A stretch of DNA of 64,000 nucleotides from an uncultured archaeon (GCA_964645535.1 CAZYCQ010000010.1:1-64000); one strand, 5' to 3'. Positions 38,305-48,427 are shown, numbered from the stretch's first letter. The notes: a model not told the origin generated them from the sequence alone. Made by a program: numbers and translations.

Positions 38305-39582
38305 CTAAGAAGATTCAAGCCAAACCAATCCCGGATTTTCCATGTACCTGATCAGGTCTCTTGTAAATCGGGCTCCAACTGCACCATCTACAATCCTGTG
38401 GTCTAGGGAAAGTGAAAGGTACATGATCGGTCTGATGACGATTTCTGGTTTTCCATTGATTTCTTTTACAACCGGTCTCAATTTAGATCTCATAAGGCCC
38501 AAAATGGCAACATTTGGCCAATTGATAATGGGAGTGGCCATCATTCCACCAATATTGCCGATTGATGTGATTGTGAAGGTCGAACCTGTAATGTCCGCCA
38601 ATTTGAGTTTTCCTTCCCGAGCCCTTTGTGCTAAATCCTGAACTTCCGAGGCAATTGTCCAAATATCTTTCTGATCCACGTGTTTGACTACAGGAACTAT
38701 TAACCCTTCAGGGGTATCAACAGAAATTCCGATATTGATATCATGGTGGATGACGATCTCCTGTGTCTCTTCATCAAGAGAGGAGTTCATCAAAGGATAT
38801 TTCCTTAGGACAGGAACCAACAGTTTCATGACCAAGGCCACATAGGTAACTTTTACCCCTTTCTCTTTGAAAAGAGATCTAAGCTGCTCCCTTATTTCAT
38901 CAAGGGCGGACATGTCAACCTCTTCAAAATAGGTATAGTGAGCCGCCAAATCTTTGGATCTTCTCATGGCTTTGGCAATGGTCTTCCGAGTTCCTTTCAA
39001 TGGGATTCGTTCTTCTCCTCCTTGGACATAGACCTTGGGTGCAGCAGTGACTGGTCGTTTTGCTGATGAGGCAACGTAGGCCTCAAGATCAGACCTTGTG
39101 ATTCTTCCTGCTGGTCCGGAACCCGGAACAAAACGGAGATCAATTCCCATTTCCCTTGCCCTCCTTCGAACGGCAGGGGCAGCAAGAACCCTTTCATTTA
39201 CGACCTGTCCTTGAGAGGGTGCCTGTTTGACCTGTGAAAAACTCCTGAATTTGAGGGGCTCTGAAGGTTTGAACAACGAAGGGTCTTCGGCCTTTCCTTT
39301 TTGTTTGGGCGTTTCCTTTTGCTCAGGAGATGTTTTTGCACCTCCAGAAGGTTCAATTTTGGCGAGTACATCACCTACATGAATTGTCTCACCTTCTTCT
39401 TTTTCAATGGAGAGAATAGTACCGTCCACTGGCGAGGTTATTGGTTCGGTCATTTTCTCAGTATGGATCATGACTATTTCCTGACCTCTTTTGACAGCAT
39501 CTCCCACTTTGACCAGCCATTCTTCAATTTCCCCTTCATGGATTCCTTCACCGAAATCTGCAAATTTAACTTCAACACTCAT
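38305..39582 (-). CDS. pdhC: 2-oxoacid dehydrogenase E2 (dihydrolipoamide acyltransferase)
   Basis: Lipoyl domain (TEKM), E3-binding A.PAVRRRARE.GIDL, DHRIVDG; GGTGA Shine-Dalgarno before ATG 39582. Confidence 0.95.
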   Translation of the reverse strand: MSVEVKFADFGEGIHEGEIEEWLVKVGDAVKRGQEIVMIHTEKMTEPITSPVDGTILSIEKEEGETIHVGDVLAKIEPSGGAKTSPEQKETPKQKGKAEDPSLFKPSEPLKFRSFSQVKQAPSQGQVVNERVLAAPAVRRRAREMGIDLRFVPGSGPAGRITRSDLEAYVASSAKRPVTAAPKVYVQGGEERIPLKGTRKTIAKAMRRSKDLAAHYTYFEEVDMSALDEIREQLRSLFKEKGVKVTYVALVMKLLVPVLRKYPLMNSSLDEETQEIVIHHDINIGISVDTPEGLIVPVVKHVDQKDIWTIASEVQDLAQRAREGKLKLADITGSTFTITSIGNIGGMMATPIINWPNVAILGLMRSKLRPVVKEINGKPEIVIRPIMYLSLSLDHRIVDGAVGARFTRDLIRYMENPGLVWLESS

Positions 39583-39592
39583 CGGAATCACC

Positions 39593-40570
39593 TTAATAAT
39601 TGTAAGATTCGATGATCTTGGAGAGAACCCGCTCAGGGGTAGGTAGATATTGATTCTCCAAAATCATTGGGAAGGGTGTATCATACCCTGTCACCCTCAT
39701 AATGGGGGATTCCATGTATTCAATCCATCGTTCTCCAACCAATGCAGATAGTTCCGCGCTGAACCCTGCGGTTCTTGGTGCTTCGGTCACACTGATGAAT
39801 CTCCCTGTTTTGGTAACTGATTTTCCGATGGTCTCGATGTCCAAGGGAACAATTGATTTCAGATCAATCACTTCACAGGAAATCCCATGTTCTTCCTCTG
39901 CCATCAATGCAGCGTCCATTGTCACATGAAGCATTGCTCCAAAGGAAGCGAGTGTTACATCGGATCCTTCCCTGACTACCGTAGCTTCTCCAATAGGTAC
40001 TGTATAATCGCCTTCTGGAACCTCCTGAGTGAATGCACGGTAGATTCGTTTCGGTTCCATAAAGAGAACTGGATCTGGATCGCGGATTGCAGCAGTCAAT
40101 AATCCTTTGGCATCATATGGATTACTTGGGACAACCACCTTAATTCCAGCAGTGTGCGCAAAAATCGATTCAGGGGATTGACTGTGATAATGAGCGCCCT
40201 TAACCCCTCCACCATATGGTGATCGGATTACCATGGGAACTGTAAATTCTCCTCCACTTCGGTACCTGAACTTTGCTGCCTCTGATATGATTTGATCTGC
40301 TGCTGGCCAAATGAAGTCAATGAATTGGATTTCCGCTACAGGACGTAATCCCTTCAGCGCCATTCCAATTGCAAACCCGACAATTCCACTTTCACTTAAA
40401 GGAGTGTCTAAAACCCTTTCCGGTCCAAATTTATCGATCAACCCTGCAGTTGCTCTGAAGACACCTCCGTCCTTACCTACATCTTCTCCCAACACCACTA
40501 CGTCGGGATTACGTTCCATTTCTTCCTTTAATGCTAAATTGATTGCACCTACGATATTTGTATCTACCAT
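39593..40570 (-). CDS. pdhB: 2-oxoacid dehydrogenase E1 beta
   Basis: GEDVG..GGVFR, DTPLSE, EIQF.DF, HSQSPE. Confidence 0.97.
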   Translation of the reverse strand: MVDTNIVGAINLALKEEMERNPDVVVLGEDVGKDGGVFRATAGLIDKFGPERVLDTPLSESGIVGFAIGMALKGLRPVAEIQFIDFIWPAADQIISEAAKFRYRSGGEFTVPMVIRSPYGGGVKGAHYHSQSPESIFAHTAGIKVVVPSNPYDAKGLLTAAIRDPDPVLFMEPKRIYRAFTQEVPEGDYTVPIGEATVVREGSDVTLASFGAMLHVTMDAALMAEEEHGISCEVIDLKSIVPLDIETIGKSVTKTGRFISVTEAPRTAGFSAELSALVGERWIEYMESPIMRVTGYDTPFPMILENQYLPTPERVLSKIIESYNY

Positions 40571-40573
40571 TTT

Positions 40574-41647
40574 CTAGGCCTCCTTATAGAAATTGAGCAA
40601 TTCCTCTTTTTCCTCTTGCAAGAATGGCGGAATTTCCTCGAACACATCGTCAAATAAGGTTGAGAGTGAAGGTTTAGGTAATTTTTCAGCTTCATCAATC
40701 AACTTGTCTAGCAATTCGCTTGTGGAGTTCACCATTTTTTCATAATCAGCTTCCTTGATGACACCTTTGTTGATAAGATAATTCTTGAATCGCTTGATGG
40801 GATCTTTCTTTTCCCATTGCTTTACCTCATCCTCTGATCGGTATACTTTAGGATCATCTGAAGAAGTATGGGGGGTTACCCTATAGGTTATGGATTCAAT
40901 CAAGGTTGGCCCTTCTCCTCTAAGTGCACGTTCTCTTGCTTGCTGTATGGCGGTGTAAAATGCCAGAAAATCGTTTCCATCGATCTGAATCCCCTCGATT
41001 CCATAACCGGGGGCTCTATCGACAATCTGTTTTGCAGCGGTCTGTTTCTCAAAAGGAACTGAGATTGCCCATTGGTTGTTCTGACAGACAAATATAACCG
41101 GGGATTTAGTGACTCCGCCAAAGTTCAATCCTGAGTGAAAATCATTTGATGAAGTTGCTCCATCACCAAAGAAAACTGCTGTCACATTTGGTTCACCCTT
41201 CAATTTCATGGCATAGGCAGTTCCTGCTGCTTGAATGATTTGGGTGCCAATAGGTGCAGAAGGATTGACAAAATTGTGTTTTTTACTTCCAAACAATCCT
41301 GGAAGCCGTCTCCCTTTTTCCTTGTCTTTTACATTTGCGAAGAGATGATTGACCAAGTCTTCCAATGAAAAACCTCGGTAAAGAGCGATTCCATGTTCCC
41401 TATAGGCAGGATAAACCCAATCCTCATCTTGAAGGGCAACTGCAGCTGCCACATGTGCTTCCTGTCCCTTCGTGAAAATATGGAATGTAACTTTTCCCTG
41501 TCTCTGAAGCCTGATCCCTTTCTCATCCAGAAGCCTTACTTGGATCATGGTCTCTAGAGCCCTTTTCAATTCTTTCTTGCCGATCTTTGGTTCAAGATCG
41601 GGTGCAATTAAATTTCCATCGTCATCTAATATTTGAAGCCTTTTCAT
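40574..41647 (-). CDS. pdhA: 2-oxoacid dehydrogenase E1 alpha (pyruvate or branched-chain)
   Basis: LQRQG, GQEA, GDGATS...NNQWAIS TPP motif, HTSSDD; GAGGTGA Shine-Dalgarno upstream. Confidence 0.97.
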   Translation of the reverse strand: MKRLQILDDDGNLIAPDLEPKIGKKELKRALETMIQVRLLDEKGIRLQRQGKVTFHIFTKGQEAHVAAAVALQDEDWVYPAYREHGIALYRGFSLEDLVNHLFANVKDKEKGRRLPGLFGSKKHNFVNPSAPIGTQIIQAAGTAYAMKLKGEPNVTAVFFGDGATSSNDFHSGLNFGGVTKSPVIFVCQNNQWAISVPFEKQTAAKQIVDRAPGYGIEGIQIDGNDFLAFYTAIQQARERALRGEGPTLIESITYRVTPHTSSDDPKVYRSEDEVKQWEKKDPIKRFKNYLINKGVIKEADYEKMVNSTSELLDKLIDEAEKLPKPSLSTLFDDVFEEIPPFLQEEKEELLNFYKEA

Positions 41648-41773
41648 TTTTTTAGTTCACCTCAGAATCATATAATTGGGCTTTAACCATTAACAAGCTT
41701 CATTAGATAGTCAGTATTTATCTTCTCCGAAATCGATGAAAAAAATTACCCTAATTAAAGGATCTTTACGTAC

Positions 41774-43585
41774 TTAGCCCATCAAACGGGAAATTATTTT
41801 GGAAACCTTTTTTGCATAAGCCATTAGATCAGATTTTTCATACACTTTCAATTGCTGATCCAGCAATAAGCTAATTTTCTTCCATTCCTTCAATTCATTT
41901 ATCATTGATTTCTTATGTACCTCTATTAATTGTGATTGATAATTCATTCCTTTTTCATCCGCAATGTCCTTTGCTTCATCAAAGAGATTTAGGGATTTTG
42001 GGACATCTCGGAATAACCAGAATACCTTTGAACTAAGGATTTTAGAAGAGATCTTGAACTGGATGGATCTGTCTTTTTCAGCAATGCTTAACAGTTCTTC
42101 AATCAGTTTTTTCAATCGAGTCTCAAGATCATTTGTAGCTTCCAATTTATATTCAAGTAGCCTGATTTGGATCTGCAAGACAATTGCCAGTTTCATCAAA
42201 CGCTTGTCACTGTATTGCAAAACATTGGTCTTATCATCTAGAAAATTGAATTCCATAGTTCCATGATTTAAAATCTTGTTGAGATAAGAGTACATCTCCA
42301 ATATCTCCAATTTGATTTGCAATGTAGGAATTGAATTTCCAAATCTAGTTCGAAACACCTCGATTCCTTCGTCAATTTTCTTTTCAAGAGAAGGGATATT
42401 GAGATAAAACATGATGAGAAGAATTTGGAATATGGTTTCCGGAAGGAGAAACCTAAACGAAATTCTTCTTGCAATTTCTTCAATTCGTGACACCCATTCT
42501 GTATCTTCTACTGTTGATCCTTTTATTTCATTTTCAATAATGCGTCTTCTTGTTTCAAAAAGAAAGAGGTCTTCTGGCCTATTTGTTGTATCACAGAGAA
42601 GAATGGCTTCCTTGATATTCAGCATTGCCGTATCCAAATCCCCTAATTCAAAATAGATAATTGAGATTTCAGAAAGAAGGTGCGGAAAAGCGGAATTTAT
42701 ACGATAGATTCTTGCAAATTCTAATGCTTTTCCCAATTCATCCAAGGCTTTCTTATATTGTCCGTTCATTTTGAAGCAGAGTCCAATAATGGTACAATAT
42801 TCAACAAGATCTTGGAATTCCACTTTTTCGGAATTTATTCTTGGCGCGATCATCTGATCATATGTTAGACAAGCTTCAATGTCTCCCTTTTCGAAAGTTA
42901 TGCTCAAAAGATACTGTTGAGACTTGAATTTTAATTTTTCATTTCCATATTTAGAAGAAACAACAATGGCTTCATCATAAATCCTCTCCGCTTTCAGAAA
43001 TTCATTCAGATAGATCATTACGGTTCCTAAATTCAACAAAGTTTTTACAAGTAGAACCCCGAACTCTGTCTGTCGAAAATATTTTGTGGCTTTCTCCAAG
43101 AAAGATTTGGCTTGGTTTAAATTCCCTTGTAAAAGATTCTGAATTCCATTGATGTAGTTGAAAAGTCCATTGAGATAAGCCCATTCTGGTTGGATTTCGT
43201 CGCTTTTCAATTGTTTGAGCTTTTCGAATGCAATCTCCTCTTCTCCCTTCAATGTATAGGCAAGAATTATCATTAATTGAAATTCAATCTTGAGTTTTGT
43301 TCTTTCTTTAAAATCCTGCGGATCGATGCTATTCAATCCAAAAAACATGCCATCCCTATCATTTTTCAATGCATAGAACCTGATCTTCCAGATAGTACCA
43401 AGAAGAGTGTCACTCAACGTTGAAGCCAAAACAACCCCGTTTTCCGTCTCCCCTCTGTTGAAATAATCCAGTATTTTTTTGGTGTGGGAAGACATTGCTT
43501 TACTCGACATTGTTTTCTTAGGTTTTAATCTTTTTGAAGTATCAACCCCATTGTTCTCTTTTAACTTTTTCGGGTGGAATTCCAA
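41774..43585 (-). CDS. Tetratricopeptide-repeat protein
   Basis: Repeated G....A......A helical pairs (GNLNQAKSFLEKA, GQYKKALDELGKA, GDLDTAMLNIKEA); start probably near 43510. Confidence 0.85.
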   Translation of the reverse strand: MEFHPKKLKENNGVDTSKRLKPKKTMSSKAMSSHTKKILDYFNRGETENGVVLASTLSDTLLGTIWKIRFYALKNDRDGMFFGLNSIDPQDFKERTKLKIEFQLMIILAYTLKGEEEIAFEKLKQLKSDEIQPEWAYLNGLFNYINGIQNLLQGNLNQAKSFLEKATKYFRQTEFGVLLVKTLLNLGTVMIYLNEFLKAERIYDEAIVVSSKYGNEKLKFKSQQYLLSITFEKGDIEACLTYDQMIAPRINSEKVEFQDLVEYCTIIGLCFKMNGQYKKALDELGKALEFARIYRINSAFPHLLSEISIIYFELGDLDTAMLNIKEAILLCDTTNRPEDLFLFETRRRIIENEIKGSTVEDTEWVSRIEEIARRISFRFLLPETIFQILLIMFYLNIPSLEKKIDEGIEVFRTRFGNSIPTLQIKLEILEMYSYLNKILNHGTMEFNFLDDKTNVLQYSDKRLMKLAIVLQIQIRLLEYKLEATNDLETRLKKLIEELLSIAEKDRSIQFKISSKILSSKVFWLFRDVPKSLNLFDEAKDIADEKGMNYQSQLIEVHKKSMINELKEWKKISLLLDQQLKVYEKSDLMAYAKKVSKIISRLMG

Positions 43586-44270
43586 GCTTAAGAAGATCGG
43601 CTTTCATTGCCTCAATAAATGATGGTGAGCCACAGAGGTAAAAATTGGCATCTTCAAAACCTTTGATCTGTTCTGCCAAATATTCCTCATTGATTCTCCC
43701 TTGCCGTGCATAATCAATTCCCATGGGATCTCTTGTGATTGTAAGGTGGTATTCTCCATTTTTCATTTGGCTTACCAATTCCTGAAGTTCTTTTTCATAG
43801 ATGATATTGTTTCCATATCGAACAGAATAAAGAAGCTTGAATTTGGTGTCAAGATCCTTGTCAATTATGTATTGCATGAATGCTCGAAAGGGGGTTATCC
43901 CACTTCCGGCAGCCAAGCAGAACAATTTGTCAGATACATTCTCATTCCAGATGAATTTGCCGTATGGTCCTTTGATGGCAAGCATATATCCTACAGGAAT
44001 TTCATTCAGGTATTTGCTCATCGTTGGGTTTGCCGTTTCTCTTACGGTGATTTCCAAGTATCCCTTTCTTGTCGGGGAAGAAGCAATGGAATAGGCTCGA
44101 CTCACAGTTTTTCCATCAATTTCTGCCTTTACCATGATGAACTGCCCAGGTTGCCATTCAAATGGCTCTGAAGGCTGAAGCCTCAATGTTCTGGTATCCA
44201 CTGTTTCTCTTCTATCCGCTATTATTTTTGCCAATTGCAATTTTGGTTTTACCTTACTCTTGACTGACAT
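43542..44270 (-). CDS. FNR-like FAD/NAD(P)-binding oxidoreductase
   Basis: PGQF, RAYSIAS, GPYGKF, AAGSGITPF, YLCGS, terminal EQWG. Confidence 0.93.
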   Translation of the reverse strand: MSVKSKVKPKLQLAKIIADRRETVDTRTLRLQPSEPFEWQPGQFIMVKAEIDGKTVSRAYSIASSPTRKGYLEITVRETANPTMSKYLNEIPVGYMLAIKGPYGKFIWNENVSDKLFCLAAGSGITPFRAFMQYIIDKDLDTKFKLLYSVRYGNNIIYEKELQELVSQMKNGEYHLTITRDPMGIDYARQGRINEEYLAEQIKGFEDANFYLCGSPSFIEAMKADLLKLGIPPEKVKREQWG

Positions 44271-44601
44271 TGAAAATTCCTCCTTCTTTGACAAAACTTC
44301 TGAGTTTGTCAATCAGTTTTTGTTCATCGGTTGTAATTATTCCATCAAGTTTGGCTTCGTTTACAACATTCTTGATGATGTCATTGAAGACCTCTGTGAC
44401 AAGATCTACAAACTCATTCTCATCAAGTTCAGATTCCAGCATCTGGAGGATCTGATCCTCAAGGTTGGATATTCCCGTATTGACAATGTCCAAGATAGCT
44501 TGCTCTTCTTGGGTAATTTCATTGTCTTCCATGGCAACCTCCTTGAGTGCAATGCAGACACTGTTCAAAATGGTCGAGATTTCAGCCCGATCCCGGTACA
44601 T
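44254..44601 (-). CDS. Small acidic protein with two TerB/EF-hand-like D(G/N)xIxxxE motifs
   Basis: MEDNEITQEE and KLDGIITTDE. Confidence 0.6.
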   Translation of the reverse strand: MYRDRAEISTILNSVCIALKEVAMEDNEITQEEQAILDIVNTGISNLEDQILQMLESELDENEFVDLVTEVFNDIIKNVVNEAKLDGIITTDEQKLIDKLRSFVKEGGIFNVSQE

Positions 44602-44790
44602 TTTATTTCACCTGAGAAATGAAGGACTCATTTACACTTAAGTATTACCTCGAAAGGTTGATGAAGTGAAAATAAAAAAACAAATTTCCCTCATAAGCTT
44701 CTTGTTTTCTGCTTCCTATTGCAAAGCTGAGCAGTTCACAGGTTCTGCAATTGAATGCTTTTTATTGCAATTTTCTTGTAGGACTATGGA

Positions 44791-45561
44791 ATGCACAAAT
44801 TTGACGAGGCAAAACGTCTTATAAGAAATTCAAATGCCATTACTGTTCTCACAGGTGCTGGTATAAGTGCTGAAAGCGGGATTCCTACTTTCAGGGGAAA
44901 AAACGGTTTTTGGGTATCTGGATCCAAAAATTATACACCACAGGATTTCGCAAGATTTTCCTATTTCAGAAGTCATCCTATTGAAGTTCTTAAATGGTAT
45001 CGTGAACGTCAAATCCAAATTAGCCATGCACAACCCAACCAAGCACATTATGCCCTTGCAGAACTTGAGCGCCAAATGAGTGAAAACAAAAAATCCTTCT
45101 TAATAATTACGCAAAATATTGACAATCTTCACCGAAAAGCAGGTTCCAAAAAAATAGCAGAGATCCATGGCAACATCTTTGAATTCAGATGCAGCAGCAC
45201 CTATTCAAGTGATAAGCATCATCTCAGAATCTTCAATCTTGATCTATCAACAGTCGAAAATGTTGAAACATTAAGATGTGAAAAATGCAATGCCTTTCTC
45301 AGACCGAATGTTCTTTGGTTCGATGAAACTTATGACCCTCGGTTTTTTGATATTGAACTTGCAGAAACTCATTTTCAAAAAACTGACCTTCTTATTGTTG
45401 TAGGAACCACCCTTCAGACCACTTTCCCTTATCTTCTTGTCGAGTCAGCCATTGGACGAAATCTCCCAATCATTGAAATCAATCCTGAACCGGTAATGGG
45501 GAAATTACCGGTTTTTTCTTTTGCAGATTCTGCCGCAACAGTCCTTCCGAAGCTGATTTGA
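44791..45561 (+). CDS. cobB: Sir2/CobB NAD-dependent deacylase
   Basis: GAGISAESGIPTFRG, TQNIDNLH, IHGN, LRPNVLWFDE, IEINPE. Confidence 0.95.
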   Translation: MHKFDEAKRLIRNSNAITVLTGAGISAESGIPTFRGKNGFWVSGSKNYTPQDFARFSYFRSHPIEVLKWYRERQIQISHAQPNQAHYALAELERQMSENKKSFLIITQNIDNLHRKAGSKKIAEIHGNIFEFRCSSTYSSDKHHLRIFNLDLSTVENVETLRCEKCNAFLRPNVLWFDETYDPRFFDIELAETHFQKTDLLIVVGTTLQTTFPYLLVESAIGRNLPIIEINPEPVMGKLPVFSFADSAATVLPKLI

Positions 45562-45563
45562 TT

Positions 45564-46022
45564 TCAATGTGGTGCTATTAGGTCAAGAATTAACCCTTCC
45601 CTTTCCTTTTGAGGCTTGATATATTTCTCTTTAATCACCAGCATGTGACGGCATTCATCCCGAGCACATTCCTCTTTGACATCCAAATGTTTGACTGCCC
45701 AAGCCCTCATTGCTAGAAGAACATTCAGGAATTCAAATCCCTTTGCACTCAGTTTATATCTGACTTTTTTCGGCGTTTTTGGATCAGGAACAATTCTGTC
45801 AATAATTCCTTTCTTACTGAGAGAAGCCAATCTGGTCGAAAGTATTCTTGGATTTATTCCCGTGATCAGCTTTTCAAAATCTGAAAAAGCCAAGGAATTT
45901 GATCCTGCAACAATCAATTCCAAAATGATTTCCATTGTCCATTTTGGTCGAATAAGATTCATGATCTTATTGATTGAGCATTTGTCGTATTCAGTCAGAC
46001 TATTGATGATATCGGACGACAT
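45564..46022 (-). CDS. HxlR-family winged-helix regulator
   Basis: C.I......I..KW...II, FSDF....GI....LS.RL..L...GII.R, VRYKLS.KG. Confidence 0.9.
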   Translation of the reverse strand: MSSDIINSLTEYDKCSINKIMNLIRPKWTMEIILELIVAGSNSLAFSDFEKLITGINPRILSTRLASLSKKGIIDRIVPDPKTPKKVRYKLSAKGFEFLNVLLAMRAWAVKHLDVKEECARDECRHMLVIKEKYIKPQKEREGLILDLIAPH

Positions 46023-46149
46023 TTACCATTTTATAGTAAAATGACTATAAAAATGATATTATCTCGCTTAAGAATTTGCGTACTTTTTTTTAATTGAATT
46101 TAGCAAAGTAATTGCAACAACTACCTTTCAAATGGTATTTTGCGAAAAT

Positions 46150-46833
46150 TCATGGGGATTTTTGCTTTAGGAAAAGAAAGATCATGATCCCGACAATGGA
46201 AAATGCCAGAAAACCAATGAAGAACGGGTTGTTTCCTAAATCTAAATTATCTTCGATTTCAGCTGCATCAGTGGAATGGACTGGTTTGGTTGTGGTGACA
46301 ATTGTGGACCCACTTTCATCTGTCGTTGTCACAGTGACTGGATCAATGAGTTTATCCAGTTCTTCCATCAGTTCCGAAGAACTTACAATGGAATAGTTGT
46401 AGGCCTTTGCTATTTCAAGATTCTTGTCTATTATCCAAACATATCCGTTTGATACATCGTATTGGTCAGCATAGTTATTGATATCAAGCCCAAACAACCA
46501 TTCATAATTTCCTTTCATTTCCTGAACATCCTTCAGATCATCACCTGAACCTCCATAACTAATGGATACAAAAGTCACAAAATCTTTGTAATCATCATAG
46601 ATTGCATTCATGCTTCTTTGAGTTGCCTTGCAGGTTGGACACCAGCTAGCCGCCCAATCCAGTACAACAGGTTTCCCCTCAAAGGCAGAGGTGCTGACAA
46701 TGGTTCCATTAAGGGCTTGAAACTCAAATTCAACACGGAATCCATTGGTTAAAGGATATGCCATTGTCGCTTGATTTGTCTGAAGCAAAGCAAAAATCAT
46801 GAAGAAGGATACCAATAGCTTTCTTGAATTCAT
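46150..46833 (-). CDS. Exported TlpA/ResA-like thioredoxin with C-terminal membrane anchor
   Basis: Signal peptide, GKPVVLDWAASWCPTC, Thr-rich linker, C-terminal TM. Confidence 0.9.
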   Translation of the reverse strand: MNSRKLLVSFFMIFALLQTNQATMAYPLTNGFRVEFEFQALNGTIVSTSAFEGKPVVLDWAASWCPTCKATQRSMNAIYDDYKDFVTFVSISYGGSGDDLKDVQEMKGNYEWLFGLDINNYADQYDVSNGYVWIIDKNLEIAKAYNYSIVSSSELMEELDKLIDPVTVTTTDESGSTIVTTTKPVHSTDAAEIEDNLDLGNNPFFIGFLAFSIVGIMIFLFLKQKSP

Positions 46834-46911
46834 CTATCGATAGAGAGAGGATGTTTTTAATAATTTTTGGATTTAAAAGAAGAAAATAACACTTAAAAGA
46901 TATATGGACAA

Positions 46912-47625
46912 TTGCAGATAATGATCACTGAATTTGTAGTGGCACTATACCTAGGAGTTGCTACTAGCTTTTCCCCATGCCTTTTTCCCGTTCTCCCATC
47001 ATTTCTAGCCTTTCTTACAGGCGGAGACACAAATCGCGGAAGGGGAATTTTTACTGCGATTGCAGTTTCTTTGGGGATTTTGACCGTCTTCCTATTCCTT
47101 GGATTGATTTTGGATTTCTTCAATGAGGTTGTTACGGATTTTTTCAATCCGAATTATGTCAATTTCCGTTTCTTCCAAGGATTGCTGCTTGTTATTTTTG
47201 GTTTAATGTATTCTTTCAACAAAAACCTAGGTTCTGGTTTCTTCTCAAATTTATCTGACAGAGTACAATCTTTTCTCACCAAAGTGGAAAACCCTTGGAT
47301 TACCGCTTATCTAATTGGCATCTTTTTTTCCGTTCTTGCAGCCCCCTGTGCAATTATCCTTTTTGTCACCTTTTTTACATTGCTTATTGCGACTCCCACT
47401 TTGGTTGCCAAGATTTCATTGAGCCTGACATTCTCCTTGGGCATTGGTATCCCTTTTCTGCTAATGGGTGCCTTAATTCCATCAATAAAGGAAACTTTGG
47501 ATGATTCAAAAGATAAGCTCTTTCGATATATGCCCTATGTTACAGGAACCATCATTTCTTTGACTGGCGTTTACCTGATGGTTGATGCCGTTTTCCTAGG
47601 TTTTGATCCTACAAATCTAGTTTGA
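46912..47625 (+). CDS. ccdA: CcdA/DsbD transmembrane disulfide reductase
   Basis: SFSPCLFPVLP...AAPC, 6 TM, LGIGIPF. Confidence 0.92.
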   Translation: MQIMITEFVVALYLGVATSFSPCLFPVLPSFLAFLTGGDTNRGRGIFTAIAVSLGILTVFLFLGLILDFFNEVVTDFFNPNYVNFRFFQGLLLVIFGLMYSFNKNLGSGFFSNLSDRVQSFLTKVENPWITAYLIGIFFSVLAAPCAIILFVTFFTLLIATPTLVAKISLSLTFSLGIGIPFLLMGALIPSIKETLDDSKDKLFRYMPYVTGTIISLTGVYLMVDAVFLGFDPTNLV

Positions 47626-48427
47626 TGCCTTTTGTTCCTGTACCCCGATGGGCAATGATGGGTTTCTCCCCCGCTTTTGCATACCTTGGAAATTTCTTGA
47701 GATCGTCTGAGACTCTAAGCAATTGAGGATATTCAGGCTCAATTTCTGCATTTCCAAGATTGGTTCCCAATTCCAAACCTAGATTTTCCGCAATAGACAG
47801 TTTTTTCTTTAAGCTACCATGGTATCTTGAAAGAGGACCGACAAAGTATTCTCTCGCAGTATATACCCCTGAGTAACCAGCTTTTCTTGCGTTTTTCAAA
47901 ATACGTGGCAATCTTCTGCTGAAGAATTTTCCAAGGAGTTTAACATATGTAAATCCGGATATTTCCTTCACTGCACATTCATTCAAATTTGGCAGGAGCG
48001 GAGCACAGTTGAATTCTTCGACCAATGGTTTGAGAAGGTCTTCTTGGAATGAGATGACCGTAATGTTTTCTGTGGGAAATCCTGTCTCTTCCAAAGAAGA
48101 TCTGAAGCTTTTGGCCAATGTCTCGGCAATGTCCTTGCAAACTGCTTTCTTTCCTTCGCAGTTTGGTTTCAACTCGAAAAGAAAACGTTTCCCATTCTTC
48201 GCAAAACGTTGCACCTCTTCATCTGAAACAAATGCCTCGAATGAAGGAATGCCTTTATCCATTAATTCCTGAAGGGTGAGTTGGGCAACTACTTCTCCAG
48301 ACTTCAATATAGGGTCATGATGGATTGCCAATCTGCCGTCTTTTGTCAAACGCAAATCAGTTTCGATCCCATCAAAATTCTTCAGCCCCCATTTGAGCCC
48401 TTCGATCGTATTGGGTTGCAATTCCAT
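47609..48427 (-). CDS. Glycerophosphodiester phosphodiesterase family protein, apparently circularly permuted
   Basis: PNT, DGIETDLRLTKDG.LAIHHD, FELK, VISF; the IIAHRG motif is at the C-terminus. Confidence 0.85.
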   Translation of the reverse strand: MELQPNTIEGLKWGLKNFDGIETDLRLTKDGRLAIHHDPILKSGEVVAQLTLQELMDKGIPSFEAFVSDEEVQRFAKNGKRFLFELKPNCEGKKAVCKDIAETLAKSFRSSLEETGFPTENITVISFQEDLLKPLVEEFNCAPLLPNLNECAVKEISGFTYVKLLGKFFSRRLPRILKNARKAGYSGVYTAREYFVGPLSRYHGSLKKKLSIAENLGLELGTNLGNAEIEPEYPQLLRVSDDLKKFPRYAKAGEKPIIAHRGTGTKGIKLDL

